64,000 bases of DNA, taken from contig JBHGNT010000020.1 in assembly GCA_043228905.1 (NCBI GenBank), forward strand, positions 186,001 to 250,000, in the 5' to 3' direction. Position numbers and translations under genes: made by a program. The stretch is from Azolla caroliniana (lineage: Eukaryota > Plantae > Polypodiophyta). Shown here one piece after another: positions 36,201-49,000 of this stretch; position 1 is the first letter of the stretch; every line of letters begins with the position of its first letter. Below the pieces are notes generated by a model. That model saw only the letters and a list, made by a program, of their open reading frames with translations. It was not told the origin of the DNA and did no database searches.

Positions 36201-37060
36201 CCAATCGAATTAATAAGCGACGAAGGGGGGCACTTTCTCGGCCAAGTAGTTGAAAGCCTGACAACATTCTATGCCCTTGTCCATAAACGGAGCACACCAT
36301 ACTATCCGCAAGCAAACGGGTTAGCTGAATCGACGAACAAAACGCTCCAGAATATCCTCCGGAAGATCGTCAACGAAAACCGAACGGATTGGGATACAAA
36401 GCTACATAGCGCGCTTTGGGCATACCGGACGGCATATAAAACGAGCATCCGAACAACACCGTTCCAGTTAGCGTTCGGACTAGAGGCGGTAATGTCGGTG
36501 GAATTCCAAGTACCCAGCTTACGGATCCAGCTACGGGAACGGCTGAACGAGAAGGAGTCGGAGGCAATACGGTTAACAATGTTGTGTGAACTCGAGGAAC
36601 AACGACTGGCAAGCATCCTGCACTTAGAATTGGAACAACGGCGATGGAAAGCATTTGTCGACCGGCACAGGAAAGGAAATGAAATGAAAAAATGTTTGCA
36701 ATCGGTAAGCCAGTGTTAGTATTTCAGACCCGGATGGGCAAGATGCCGGGTAAACTAGGGTTTAGATGGACCGGCTCGTATTGGCTAGCACGTGAGTATA
36801 ATGGGTCCTACCAGTTAGGGACACTTGCCGGTGAAGTGCTACGCAAATGGGTCAACGGATTCCGATTGAAGCCATATAGAGGACCGATGCCCAAAAACCC
36901 ATTTGAGCACAGGACCGACACCGGTGAGGAAACGGCAACCTGTGACGGGAACGGCAACCACCAAGACGAAGGAGATGGCAAGCCGGTAACAGGGGAGAAT
37001 AAGGCGACGGCAAACTGTAATGAGGCCGGTAAGGGTCTGATAGGACCAACGGACAAGTAA
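33279..37060 (+). pseudogene. pol: Pol (protease, RT, RNase H, integrase), disrupted
   Basis: VIDRGSGVN, LDGFSGYNQI, FLDD, VDASD, EREALG, HCG..GH..CDLC, WGLDFVGP, PQANGLAE; several TAG/TGA stops. Confidence 0.92.
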
Positions 37061-39429
37061 CCTCACACTAACATTTTTTTTAAAAACCAAAAAACAAAAA
37101 AAAAAACCAAAAAACCAAAATAAAAAACGAAGTAATCCTACAAAAGCGAGGTATGAATGGACGAGAGAGCGAGGAGCAAAAAGGTACGTAGTGGGCATTT
37201 AAGCGCCACCACAGGACATAATGCTATTTTAGTACACGATGTGCACACACTCGAAAAAGGCGCCAGAATGCACAGAGAAAAACCACTGCGCGTGGAAACC
37301 CTCTACTTTCGCGAACCCAGGAGCACAGAAGCACCAAGGCGCTACAAGATCATCAGATGAGAACCTACACACAGAGAACCCCCGCCTTCTGAACTCTCTC
37401 TCTCTCACTCTCACTCTCATCACCAACCAACCTCGCCATCACAAGCCGACCTCGACACAGACATGGACCCGCAAACGCTATCGGAAGCCGCCAAGACATG
37501 GCTAAAGCAACACGGGCTCGAGGGCTTCTTGATGATTATGGAGGTACCGCCACACAAAGAAGCCGACAAGGTGATCAAAGAAATCGACACAGAGGTCATA
37601 ACGGCGGAGGCGATTCGAGCATTAACAGGCCTTCCGGAGGGAGGCATACTCACGATTGACAATCCGACCTCAGAGCAACTCATCAAGTATTTTGGTGAGT
37701 ACTCCCTAGCCAGCAAGGGCTACCGGACACAGGGCGGCGGAGATATGTTGTTCCGCGATATTGCTCATGTGCTCCACGAATACGGCCATGTGTACCCTAG
37801 ACCCCCTGTCATGCCGCAGAACCGGGCAGGGATGATCATCGCCACCTATGAAGGGATCAAGGTGGATTGGCCGATATTGATCGCAGATGGTTTGTGTGCG
37901 GCGATCGAGATCGTCAGAGGCAAAGACGGCAAAGAAGGCCGAGACGGACGGAGGATATGGCATGCCGTAACGCAGTGGCTCACCTTACTTGTGCCACCCG
38001 TCCAGCCCGTCCAGCCCAAAGACGGCTTCCAAAAGACAACAGTTGTTGGCCTCTAAGGCCACTAAGGGGAAGGTGGCGGACACGGAACAGGCGGGAAAGG
38101 AGAGCGCCAGCCGGAAGCGGCCAACGGATGCGCAGGAGGAACCACCGGTATGGCCCGTAAAGGTTACACTGCGCCGACCGGTGAATAGAGAAGCGGACCC
38201 CTTGGCGGCAAAACTCAATGCCGGGACTCAGGAAGAGGAAATAGAGGAGGAGCCTATGGAGCACCTCCAGCGACGGTTGTCGGTAAGGACCGTTGAGGCA
38301 GCGGGAAACGTTCGGACCCTCAGACGGAGGGAACACCGGCTCCCCATACTGAGACTCCCACGCCAAGGGAGGAACCGGAACCGGTGCGCATAGCACCGGA
38401 ATCAGAAGCCCCTGCACCACCGGCAACACCGGCAACTCCCATCCCGCCAGAGCCGGAAAGGTCAATGCAGCCTCCTTCGGCCAACCAAGAAGAAGCGCAA
38501 GGGGAACCAGGACAGCAAGGCGGTCCACAGGCGGAAACGGAATTGCAACTCGGCGCAATCAGGCGGGACCACCCATCTACAAGCGAGCCCATCCGTCAAA
38601 CCTCCGTGCAAATGCAACAAGGCACTGGTAGCCTATGGCTCCGGTGGATAGGCAAACAGATTGCCGGAGCAGTGGGGTATATTGAGGCGGAAGAAAGAGC
38701 CCAAAGCAAACGGTTGCTCGTCACAACCGAACAACTAGAGACGGCCCAGTCCAGAATCTGGTGCCTCGAAAAAGACTTGGATCAGGTCACTGCAGAGATG
38801 GCCAAAATGGCCTTAACGGCAACACAGATCCAATCACCGGTGACTCCGACAAGTGTACAAAATAAAGAAACAGATCAACCTGTACATACCAATAAGACCC
38901 CGGCAACGGAAACCGTTCCAGAGAGAGATGCGGCGCAAGCCCAGGATCTTGCGGAATTGAGAGATGAACTTGCCGCACAAGAAGCGCTAAGGAGCCGGGA
39001 ACGGGAATTGAAGACAGCGATTGAAGCCGATTTAAAGAAGACTACTGAGAACCTCCGCCGGGTAGAGGAGAGCCTCCGGAAAGGCCATCAAGCGTACGAT
39101 CGGCTAAGGGAGGAAAAAGACAAAGTGCTGCAGGAAAAGGACAAGCCGCGGAAGACGGCGGAAACGGAAATTGAACGGCTAAAGGAAGAGCTCCGCCAGC
39201 AGAAGGACCGCGACGACCGGGCCCGTCGACAGATCAACGCAAGGCTCAAGCAAAAGACAGATGATTTTAAGCACCTGCACCGGGACTTCAAACAGCTGGA
39301 AACGGAGCATAAAGAACGGATGGTTGGACTCCAGTAGGAAGTTGATCGGGCCGCGATGGCGATCGCCGACGAACGTGCAGAAAATACAAGGCGGTTGGAC
39401 GAGGCGGAGAAGGTCCGGATGGAGCTCCA

Positions 39430-39615
39430 TGTCGAATACAAGTGTATAATGGACGTATTCACACTATCCCTTTGTATAGCCCAAGTTTGGGGCATTTGTG
39501 TAATTAGCATAAAGGGTAGTTGCCCTAAGTCGGTCACTATATATAGTGACCTTGTAACCCTTTTGTAGGGTTGGGTGTTGTATTATTGTTTCTATTGAAT
39601 AGAAAGTCTTTTGTG

Positions 39616-39668
<53 letters not shown>

Positions 39669-42600
39669 AACGACCGAGAAACTGTCATACGCAGGTATTC
39701 AAACACCAATCGAATGCTTCTTGATCTTCCGCATAGACGACTTCGTCCCCAACATCTGGTATCAGAGCCTGCACAGTAGTCGGTCCTTCAATCTGCTGTC
39801 GGCCGTCGTCTCAGCCTGCACAGCATTCGGTTTCTTGCGTCATTCGAAGAAGAGAGAAGAAGAAGAAAAAACGAGGTTTGCATCTCATCGCGTTAGATCA
39901 TCTTCGCTTGGAGTAAGCCAGCAGGTTGTACTCTGTCCCTTGTGATCGTAACCACTCGAGGTGAAATCCCCTTGTGCAACATTGACACGATCGTGCTCCA
40001 CCCGGTTAAACGGCATCCGAAGAGGTAATCAAACGCCGCTCATTGTAACCACTCGGTGCAGATCGGTCTCAAGACAACAACCCCAAATTCGTGCTTCATC
40101 TGGCTGATCAACATTCGGGAGGATCAGTTGGATCCGTCTCTCTCGTTGCTGCAGTCAACCGAAGCAGAATCGGTCCAGATAATCGGTTTCAATAATCGGT
40201 ATTCGGCATATATATCCGAAGCGAACCAGGCTCACTCCGACTCGGCAACATTCGGGAAGACCAGTCGGTTCTGTCCCTCAAGTTACCGGAGTCAATTCGA
40301 GCAAGTTCAACAATACATATATCCGAAGCCGAACCGACTCGGGTTCAAATCCGACTAGAACGATATCGGGTGAGCCAACCGGCTGCACTCCAACAAGGTT
40401 CGTAGTCAACTCCGAACCGAGCTTCGTCAACCGAAACCAAATTTAATGGCATCTACATCCGGCTCGTCAGAAATGAGTCTACGAAAGTTCGATGGATCGA
40501 ACTTCAACTTCTGGAAGGAGCAAATGCAGGACTATCTCATAGTCAAGAGGCAAATCGATCCCATCGAAAATGAAGAACCTCCAGAAGGATACAAACCAAT
40601 TGAGTGGCAGAAGCTGGACAGAATCGTCCGCGCCACGATTCGGATGCACCTATCGGAATCGGTATACTTTACGGTGCAATCGTGTACGACAGCATTCGAA
40701 CTGTGGAAAACACTGTCGGACACTTACGAAAAGAAGGTCGCCGCAACGAAGATGTTTCTGATCCGGCGCCTCTACAACTTGCGGATGAAAGAATCCAATT
40801 CGGTTCAAGCACACCTCAATGAGTACGAAAGCATAAGCTCCCAAATCTCGTCACAGGGGACGGCAATCGAGGATGAACTCAGAGCAATGATACTCATGAG
40901 TAGCCTTCCCTCATCATGGGAAACTTTCGTCACAACCGTGTGCAACGCGTCAACCACGGCTGTTAAATACTCCGAAGTCACGAGCGCAATCCTGACCGAA
41001 GCAGCTCGGAGAAAGTCTTTCGCCAAAGACTCAACAGACGACGCTTATGTAGTACAAGGTTCGACAGACCGATCGAACATACGAGGAAGAGATTCCTCAC
41101 GACCGCCGAACAATCAGCGAAGACGGAGCCAGTCACGGGATAACCGAATCTGCAACTATTGCAAGAAACCCGGACACATCAAAGCCGACTGCCGCGCACT
41201 CAAGAACAAGAACAACAAGAAGAGTGGCCGGCATGAGGAGATCAATTACGTCAGCTTCTCAGTTGATGTGCTACCAGACGACCCGAATATACTATCAATC
41301 GAAAATCCAGTCGGATCAGAAGTTCTACTCACGACTGAAGAATCGAGCACATGGCTCTTAGATTCGGGTGCGTCATTTCACGTGACTCCTCATCGATCCC
41401 AATTTCGGCAATATACGATCCGTCACTCTGACTCAGTTCGAGTCGGCAACTCACAACACTGTGACATCATCGGAATCGGCACAGTAGAGCTCAACCTTGC
41501 AGGTGGCTCTACACTTGTACTCCACAATGTCCGACATGTACCCGAGCTCTCAAGGCCATTGATCTCAGTCGGACAACTAGATGAAGACGGCATTCGTGCC
41601 GGTTTTTCTTCGGGAGGGTGGACACTCCACAGGGGGAACCTCCTGCTTGCTAGAGGACCCAAGATACACTCACTGTATCCGTTACATGTTACGCTCAGAG
41701 AGGGTAACCTGTTTTTTGGTGGATATTCCTGTGTCATCACTATGGCACAGAAGATTAGGACACCTCAGCAAGGCCGGCATTACGCATCTATCTAGAGCCG
41801 GATACATCCCTAAACTCTCCTTCTCCGACCATCAATTCTGCGAGCATTGCCAGTATGGCAAACAAGCAGCCGCATCACACCCGACATCAGCACCAAGAGA
41901 AACGAGACCTCTCGATTTGGTCCACTCGGACGTCTGTGGCCCAATGCCGCATCAGTCTCTCGGCGGTGCCTCTTACTTCGTCACTTTTATTGACGATTCG
42001 ACTCGAAAGGTGTGGGCTTATCCGATTCGCACCAAAGATCGGGTCTTCTCGATCTTCTCAGATTGGCTCGCTATGGTAGAAAATCAAACCGACCGAAAAC
42101 TGAAATGCTTTCGGACCGACAATGGGGGAGAGTTCAAATCAGATGAATTCGTCAAATTCTGCCGACAACGCGGCATCCGACGTGAATTTACGGCACCACA
42201 CAGTCCGGAGCAAAACGGGATTGCAGAACGAATGAATCGGACAATCCAAGAAAGGATAGTTTCCATGCTCCAACACTCCGGACTGTCGGATGGCTTCTGG
42301 GCAGAGGCTCTACTCACGGCAGTACACATAATCAATATGTCGCCAAGTAGACCTCTAGGACTTCAAATTCCTCAGGAACTATGGATCGGCAGTAAGCCGA
42401 ATTACGACAAGCTGAGGATCTTCGGATGCGAGGCGTACGCCCTTATTCCGAAAGATGATCGCCGAAAACTTGCACCTCGGTCCAGGAAATGCATTTTCCT
42501 TGGATATGGATCCGATGGCGAAATGGGATACCGACTCTGGGATCCCGAACGCAGACAAATCGTCCGAAGTTCGGACGTTGTGTTCAACGAGTCGGCTATG

Positions 42601-44839
42601 AATCCATCAGTCGAAAAACCGATCGAAGTCCGAAGGGTAACATTTTCCGATGTGCCGACCCTTCAAGAAGGCCCCGCTCTCAACACACGGTCAGCTTCAC
42701 GGGTAGCTGAACCTTACACTACCGACTCGGACAACTCCGACTCGGCACAGCAGAACAATCCGCTTTCGGACCATCCGACCACGATACCCGATGCGACCAG
42801 CCCAATCATACCTCGACGATCCGAGAGACTGTCGCAACCTCCGGAGAGGTACTCTCCTGGAATTTTCTTCACCGACGCCGGCGAACCGACGTCTTACGAA
42901 GAAGCATCGACATCTGTCGATTCAGCCACCTGGCATCTGGCGATGGAGTCGGAAATGCACTCCATTCGGGCAAACAAGACTTGGGATCTGGTCGAATTAC
43001 CTAAGAACCGACGTGCTCTTCCTTGCAAGTGGGTTTATCGACTAAAAGAGACGTCTGATTCGACCACCCCAAAGTACAAGGCCATATTAGTTGCGAAGGG
43101 CTTCCGACAAGAATATGGCGTCGACTTCAACGAGATTTTTTCACCAGTGGTGAAAATGACAACCCTTCGTTTTCTACTCGGCGTAGTGGCAGCCGACAAC
43201 TTGGAGCTGATTCAGCTAGATGTCAAAACAGCCTTCCTCCATGGTGATCTCGAGGAGAAAATCTATATGGAGCAGCCAAAAGGCTTCGTGGCAACTGGCC
43301 AAGAACATCTAGTCTGCCGACTCAGGAAGAGTCTATACGGCCTCAAACAGGCACCACGACAATGGTACAAGAAGTTCGACGACTTCATCCAATCGATCGG
43401 CTTCTCCAAAAGCGATGAGGACCATTGTCTCTTCACCAACACAGCTCAAGATGGATCACCCATCTTCCTCATCATTTACGTGGACGACATGCTAATTTCT
43501 GGACGCCACGCGGGCGAACTTGCCGATCTCATTCGGCAACTGCGGTTGAAGTTTGCCATGAAGGACCTCGGTCCGGCACACCACATACTCGGCATGAAGA
43601 TTAGTTGGCATCGCGATAAACGACATCTTTTTTTGTCTCAGACCGACTATATCCGACGTGTCTTGGAACGCTTCAACATGCAATCAGCCAAATCTGCTTC
43701 AACCCCGCTCCCAATGAATCTTCGGCTCTCTCAGCGAGACTGCCCGACATCCGGTCCGGAGGGGGAAGATATGAAGTCGGTACCGTATGCACCGGCAGTC
43801 GGCTCCCTTATGTACCTGATGGTCGCGACACGGCCTGATATTTCTCATGCCGTAGGAGTCGTTAGCAGATTTATGCACAATCCTGGCCGATCGCATTGGA
43901 ACGCAGTCAAGCATGTGTTCAGATATCTGGCTGGCACAAAAGACCACGACATTCTTTTCGGTCCGAACCGAACCTCAGGCGTAGTCGGTTACACCGACTC
44001 GGATTTCGCCGGCTGTATAGACAGTCGGAAATCAACAACCGGATACTGCTTCAAATTCGGCAATGGAGCAATCTCGTGGAAGTCGAAACTTCAGGAGTGC
44101 ACAGCGACCTCAACGATCGAAGCAGAATATGTAGCTGCGTCCGACGCAGCAAAAGAAGCTTTGTGGCTCGGTCGGCTGGCGCACACGTTTCGACAAGTCG
44201 ACCATGACTCGGCTCCAGTTGTCTACAGCGACAGTCAAGGTGCTGTTGCCTTGTCGAAAAATCCGGTTCACCACAACGCCTCCAAACATATCGACGTTCG
44301 ATATCACTTCGTTCGGGACTGCGTCATTTCAGGGAAAATCGGTCTAGAGAAAATATCCACAACCGACAATGTCGCAGATGGAATGACCAAGTGTCTTTCG
44401 GTAGACCGCTTTCGGTCTCTTCGGCATCAGATGGGCGTAACGACAAACCAGTCCGGTTAGAGCCGGACACAGAGCAGGATGGTTCCCGACAACCGACATC
44501 AGTTCCTTAATGATCGGCTTCAACTGCTCCGACCCGACCAGTTCGGTCTTCTGCCTTCGGACCCTGCCGACTCGAACAAATCTGATATGCCCGAGAACCT
44601 AAGTCTATACCTGTAATCTTAGATAACCCATGTATACGCCCATTACGGGGGAGTGTCGAATACAAGTGTTTAATGGACGTATTCACACTATCCCTTTGTA
44701 TAGCCCAAGTTTGGGGCATTTGTGTAATTAGCATAAAGGGTAGTTGCCCTAAGTCGGTCACTATATATAGTGACCTTGTAACCCTTTTGTAGGGTTGGGT
44801 GTTGTATTATTGTTTCTATTGAATAGAAAGTCTTTTGTG

Positions 44840-44902
<63 letters not shown>

Positions 44903-44988
44903 AACGACCGAGAAACTGTCATACGCAGGTATTCAAACACCAATCGAATGCTTCTTGATCTTCCGCATAGACGACTTCGTCCCCAACA
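39430..44988 (+). mobile_element. Young near-intact Ty1/copia (Tnt1/Tork-like)
   Basis: LTRs at 39430-39754 and 44654-44988 differ by about 1 substitution plus CT-repeat length. TSD CTCCA; PBS TGGTATCAGAGCC at 39757-39769; PPT GGGGGAG at 44647-44653. Confidence 0.97.
40446..44460 (+). CDS. pol: Copia gag-pol polyprotein with a single frameshift in the T-run near 41712-41717
   Basis: ORF 40446..41795 (UBN2, CNYCKKPGHIKADC, LLDSGAS) plus ORF 41581..44460 (LWHRRLGH, HSDVCGP, QLDVKTAFLHG, IYVDD, YTDSD, KHIDVRYHF). Confidence 0.93.
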
Positions 44989-46079
44989 CTCCAGAGGCAG
45001 CAGCAGGAAGAAAAGGAGAGAGCGTCAACGGTATTGCAAAAATTACAAAGCACATATCAAAGGCAATTGACGCACTACAAGGAGTAGGCGGAAGATAAAG
45101 TCAAAATCATCAAGCAACTGAAGGAGGAACGGCAAGCGGCGGAAACCAAATCACAATTGGGAACGGGCCGGATTCAGTGCATCCTCCGGGCATGGTTGAA
45201 TCAGACAAAACGCTTGATTGACGAAAGCTCCGTAAGATGGTGGACAAAGTGGGCACAAAACGCGGCGGAACTCCAATTACTACGGGCAGACGTGGCAAAC
45301 CGGCGGAAGGAAGGAGATGACTGTTATACGTTGACTTCCGAGGACTTCACCGCCATAAGGGACGAGCTGGCCGACGACTTCCAAGTCCTGGCGGATGAAC
45401 AACTGGCGCAGGTCCGGCAACTCGTAGCTCAGCTTGATGATGATAGGCTGGACGCTCAAATCCAGTTTGAAAGCTACGAGCGGTCCCGGGTTTGGGAAGA
45501 AAAAGCACAGGAAGCGGCAACGGTTAACCTTATTGATGAGGAACCGTCACTGGCCGAGGGCCAGCCCGGAACCAGTCAACCGGAGACCACTACGACGGAA
45601 GGAGCAACGAAGGAGACGCCGGTGTCAGAGCAACAAACGGAGGAGCAGCCGCAACAGCCACCAAAGGACCCATCGCAGCAGCCATCAACAGAGCAGCAAC
45701 AGCAACAACAGTAGCAGCAACAACCACAACAACAACAACAACCAATTCCAGATGAACCATTGGAGACTCTCGAACAAAGCATCCTAGATATTTTGGATGA
45801 AGAATAGCAAGGGTCGGATGTGGATTCGACGTACAAGGTACTGTCCCACGAGCGTGCCATGTGTTACCGGCCGGCAAAGGAGTCCAAAGTGTGGAACGGA
45901 GAGTTATTTAATTAGTAGGAATGGTTGTAAGTAAGCTATGAGTGTGGACAGACGGACCGGAATCGGTATGCCATTCCGGATCCGAACCGATCCCGAACAG
46001 GTGCGGATGGCACCGTTTTGTACTACAGACCGGAAACCTATTTAAAGGCCCGGATACAATGTAATGAGTAGTGGCTAAT

Positions 46080-49000
46080 TGTAGAAAGTAGCGTCCAGAA
46101 GCAGGTATGAAGACCGAACAGAAGGAAGAAAACTCAGGTTTTAATGGAGAGCTTGAGCTTACGCAGTATACGCGGGAGAGACAGAGAGAGTGAGAGAACA
46201 CAAGAACTATATTCAAAAAACAAACAAAATCTCGATTCACTACTCTATACATATGTGTGTTCCATGAACACTTTTATACAAGTCCTCGAAGGACTGACCG
46301 AAGTACTGACCGTACTTCAATGCTCTTTAAGAGCTCCTACACTAACTCCCAAATATATTCCTCACGGAATATCTTTCCTAACGGCCTCCCGGTTTACGCA
46401 CTCGGCCTAACCGATCGGTCCCAACCAATCCGGTCCTCAGCTTCTTCAGCCGATCCAGCCGATGTTGAGCTTGTCTCTCAACACTCCCCCTCAAGCTCAA
46501 CTCGAGGATCTTCGGGATCCTCGAGCTCACAACTCCGGTTCCTCCTGGCTTCACGCCTCGCTCGCGCTCCTCGACCTGTTCGACTCCGCGCGCTTCGACC
46601 CTTCCGGTCGGCTTGTCTGCTCATGTGGCCCTCATCAGCTCTTCTGCTGTTGCGGTGTTGACGCTTCTTCTGCTGCCTTTTCTTCCGCTTGGGCCTCGGT
46701 TGATTCAACGTGTCTGAATCAAACATCTGAACCGACTCGGCTACCTCCGATCGGTTTTCCCTCTCGTCCGAGATGGCTGTCTCCAACTCGTCTTCGGTCT
46801 TCTTGCCCTCGATGGCGTCATCTTCCCCATGCGTGGCTGGCTTCGGCTCTCTCCTTCGGCTGCTCCCCTTCTGTCCGCTTTCGGATTTTTCCGTCGGTTC
46901 GCCCTCGGCTTCTTCAGCCGGTCCGAAGTCGAACTCGACAACCGAGTCAACCGACTCGGTGTTGCGGTCTCCACTCCTTTCTTGCTGCCTTGCTTGGTCG
47001 TTCGGGACTGTTCTCCACCTCAAGTTTGGCACGTCGAGGTGACGCAATCCGAGCGCACCTGAGAATTGCCGCAACTTGTCCAGACCAAGAGGCTTGGTGA
47101 AGATGTCGGCAGTCTGTCGATCCGTCGGCACGTACTGAAGTTCGACTTCACCGGAAAGGACACGCTCACGGACGAAATGGTAGTGCACCTCAATGTGCTT
47201 GGTCCGTGCGTGGAAAACGGGGTTTTTCGCGAGCTGGATGCTGCTAAGGTTGTCACAGTAGATCGTCATCGGATCTGACACCTCCTCTTGCAGGTCCTTA
47301 AGTAGCCGCTTCAACCATATGGCTTCGCATGTCGCGACAGCCGCTCCTCAATACTCAGTTTCGGTGCTCGACAGTGCAACTATCGGCTGCTTCTTACTGC
47401 TCCACGCGATCGCGGCACTCCCGAGGGAGAACGCGTATCCAGACGTGGATCGGCGATTGGCGGCGTTGCCAGCCCAATCAGCATCGGTGTAGCCGACTAA
47501 CCGCGCGGCTGCACCGGTCCAATATAGCAGTCCGCGGTCCCTAGTGCCGCTTACGTACCACAGTACGCGTTGCGCACACTAAAGGTGCTCCTCGGTAGGT
47601 TGCGCCATGAACTGACTGATCACCCCGACCGGATAACTGAGGTCGGGTCGGGTGATGGTCAAGTATATGAGGCTTCCGACAATTTGTCGGAACCTCGTCG
47701 GGTCGCATACCTTTCTCGTGTCGGGAGGAAGCTTGACGGTTCTGTCCAGAGGAGTTGAGACGGACTTACAATCGGCCATCCCGAATTTGAAAAGCATACT
47801 CAACACGTAATGACATTGGCTGATCAATATGCCTTCGGGGGTACGGATCACTTCGATCCGTAGGAAGTAATGAAGGTCCCCCAGATCCTTCATGTCGAAC
47901 GATGCCGCAAGCTGGAGCTTCACGCGGTCGATTTCACCTAGGTCGGCGCCGGTGATGACCAAGTCATCAACATATAGTAAAATACTAACTGGTCCGAGTC
48001 GACCTTTCCGGATGAACAGGGAAGAGTCCGATTTTGACGTGACGAAGCCCATCCGACGCAGTTGTTGCGTGATCTTCGCGTTCCAGGCACGCGGGGCTTG
48101 CTTCAGTCCGTAAAGGGACTTCTTCAGTCGGCATACTGCCGAGGAGTTCATTCCAGAGTGAAATCCGGGGGGTTGTACCATGTACACCTGTTCCTCAAGG
48201 TCACCTTGCAGGAACGCATTCTTTACATCCATCTGATGTAAGTGCCACCCCTTCACCGCAGCTACTGCGAGCAAAACACGGACGGTCGTCATTTTCGCGA
48301 CCAGCGCAAACGTCTCATCGTAGTCGATGCCGTGTTTCTGCGCGTAGCCCTTTGCCACTAGCCGAGCCTTGTACCGGTTGACCGAGCCATCGGTGTTGTA
48401 CTTGACCTTGTACACCCACCTACACCCGATCGTTTTTACCCCTTTTGGTGCGTCAACTAGGTCCCATGTCTCATTCTCCGCCAATGCGTGCATCTCTTCC
48501 TCCATCGCGGCACGCCAATTCACATCTTTAGCCGCTTCTGCGTAGCTCTCCAGCTCACGCACTTCCGCTACACGGGTCATGTACGCATAATGATGCGCCA
48601 TGTACTCGTTGTATCCGAACCGCAAGACTGGGTTCTTCTGGCGGGTAGATCGGCGTAATCTCACATTAGCCGATGTCGAGGCCTTCTCGGTCGACGCAGA
48701 CTTCACCTTTAAAGACCCGTCACCGGTTCCCTCAGAGTCGGACTCGCATCGGTCTGACTCGTTCCTATCCGTGCCGGAATCCGATACCTTCTTCTTCCCT
48801 TTCTCTTTGCGCGTAAGCCGTCTCCTCGTCTTCCTGCGCGGGGAATGCACGGCCGAGTCTCCACTACTCGCCGGCTCTTCATCGGACTGATCGTACCGAC
48901 ACAGTCGTCCAATTGGTCCACTTAAACGGAGTGAAATCAGACTCTCTTGGCGGGTCTCGATTTCGGGCTCATACGGAGGCATCTCGGCCTCGCTGACCTC

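Larger units (their letters stand above)
37463..45808 (+). pseudogene. Extra sense ORF downstream of pol (globular N-terminal domain + long coiled coil), frameshifted and split by copia 39430-44988
   Basis: ORF pieces 37463..38056, 37989..38393, 38384..39337 and 45157..45714; the coiled-coil frame resumes after the TSD at 44994. Confidence 0.7.

Noticed and set aside
39617-39664. CT/GA/TG microsatellites in LTRs and the CAA/CAG run near 45690-45745
   Set aside because: Ordinary LTR R/U5 microsatellites and a Gln-rich low-complexity tail.
41705-41722. Programmed frameshift in the Tnt1-like copia
   Set aside because: It lies downstream of the protease in a T homopolymer; a 1-bp indel or sequencing error is simpler, and such elements normally have one ORF.
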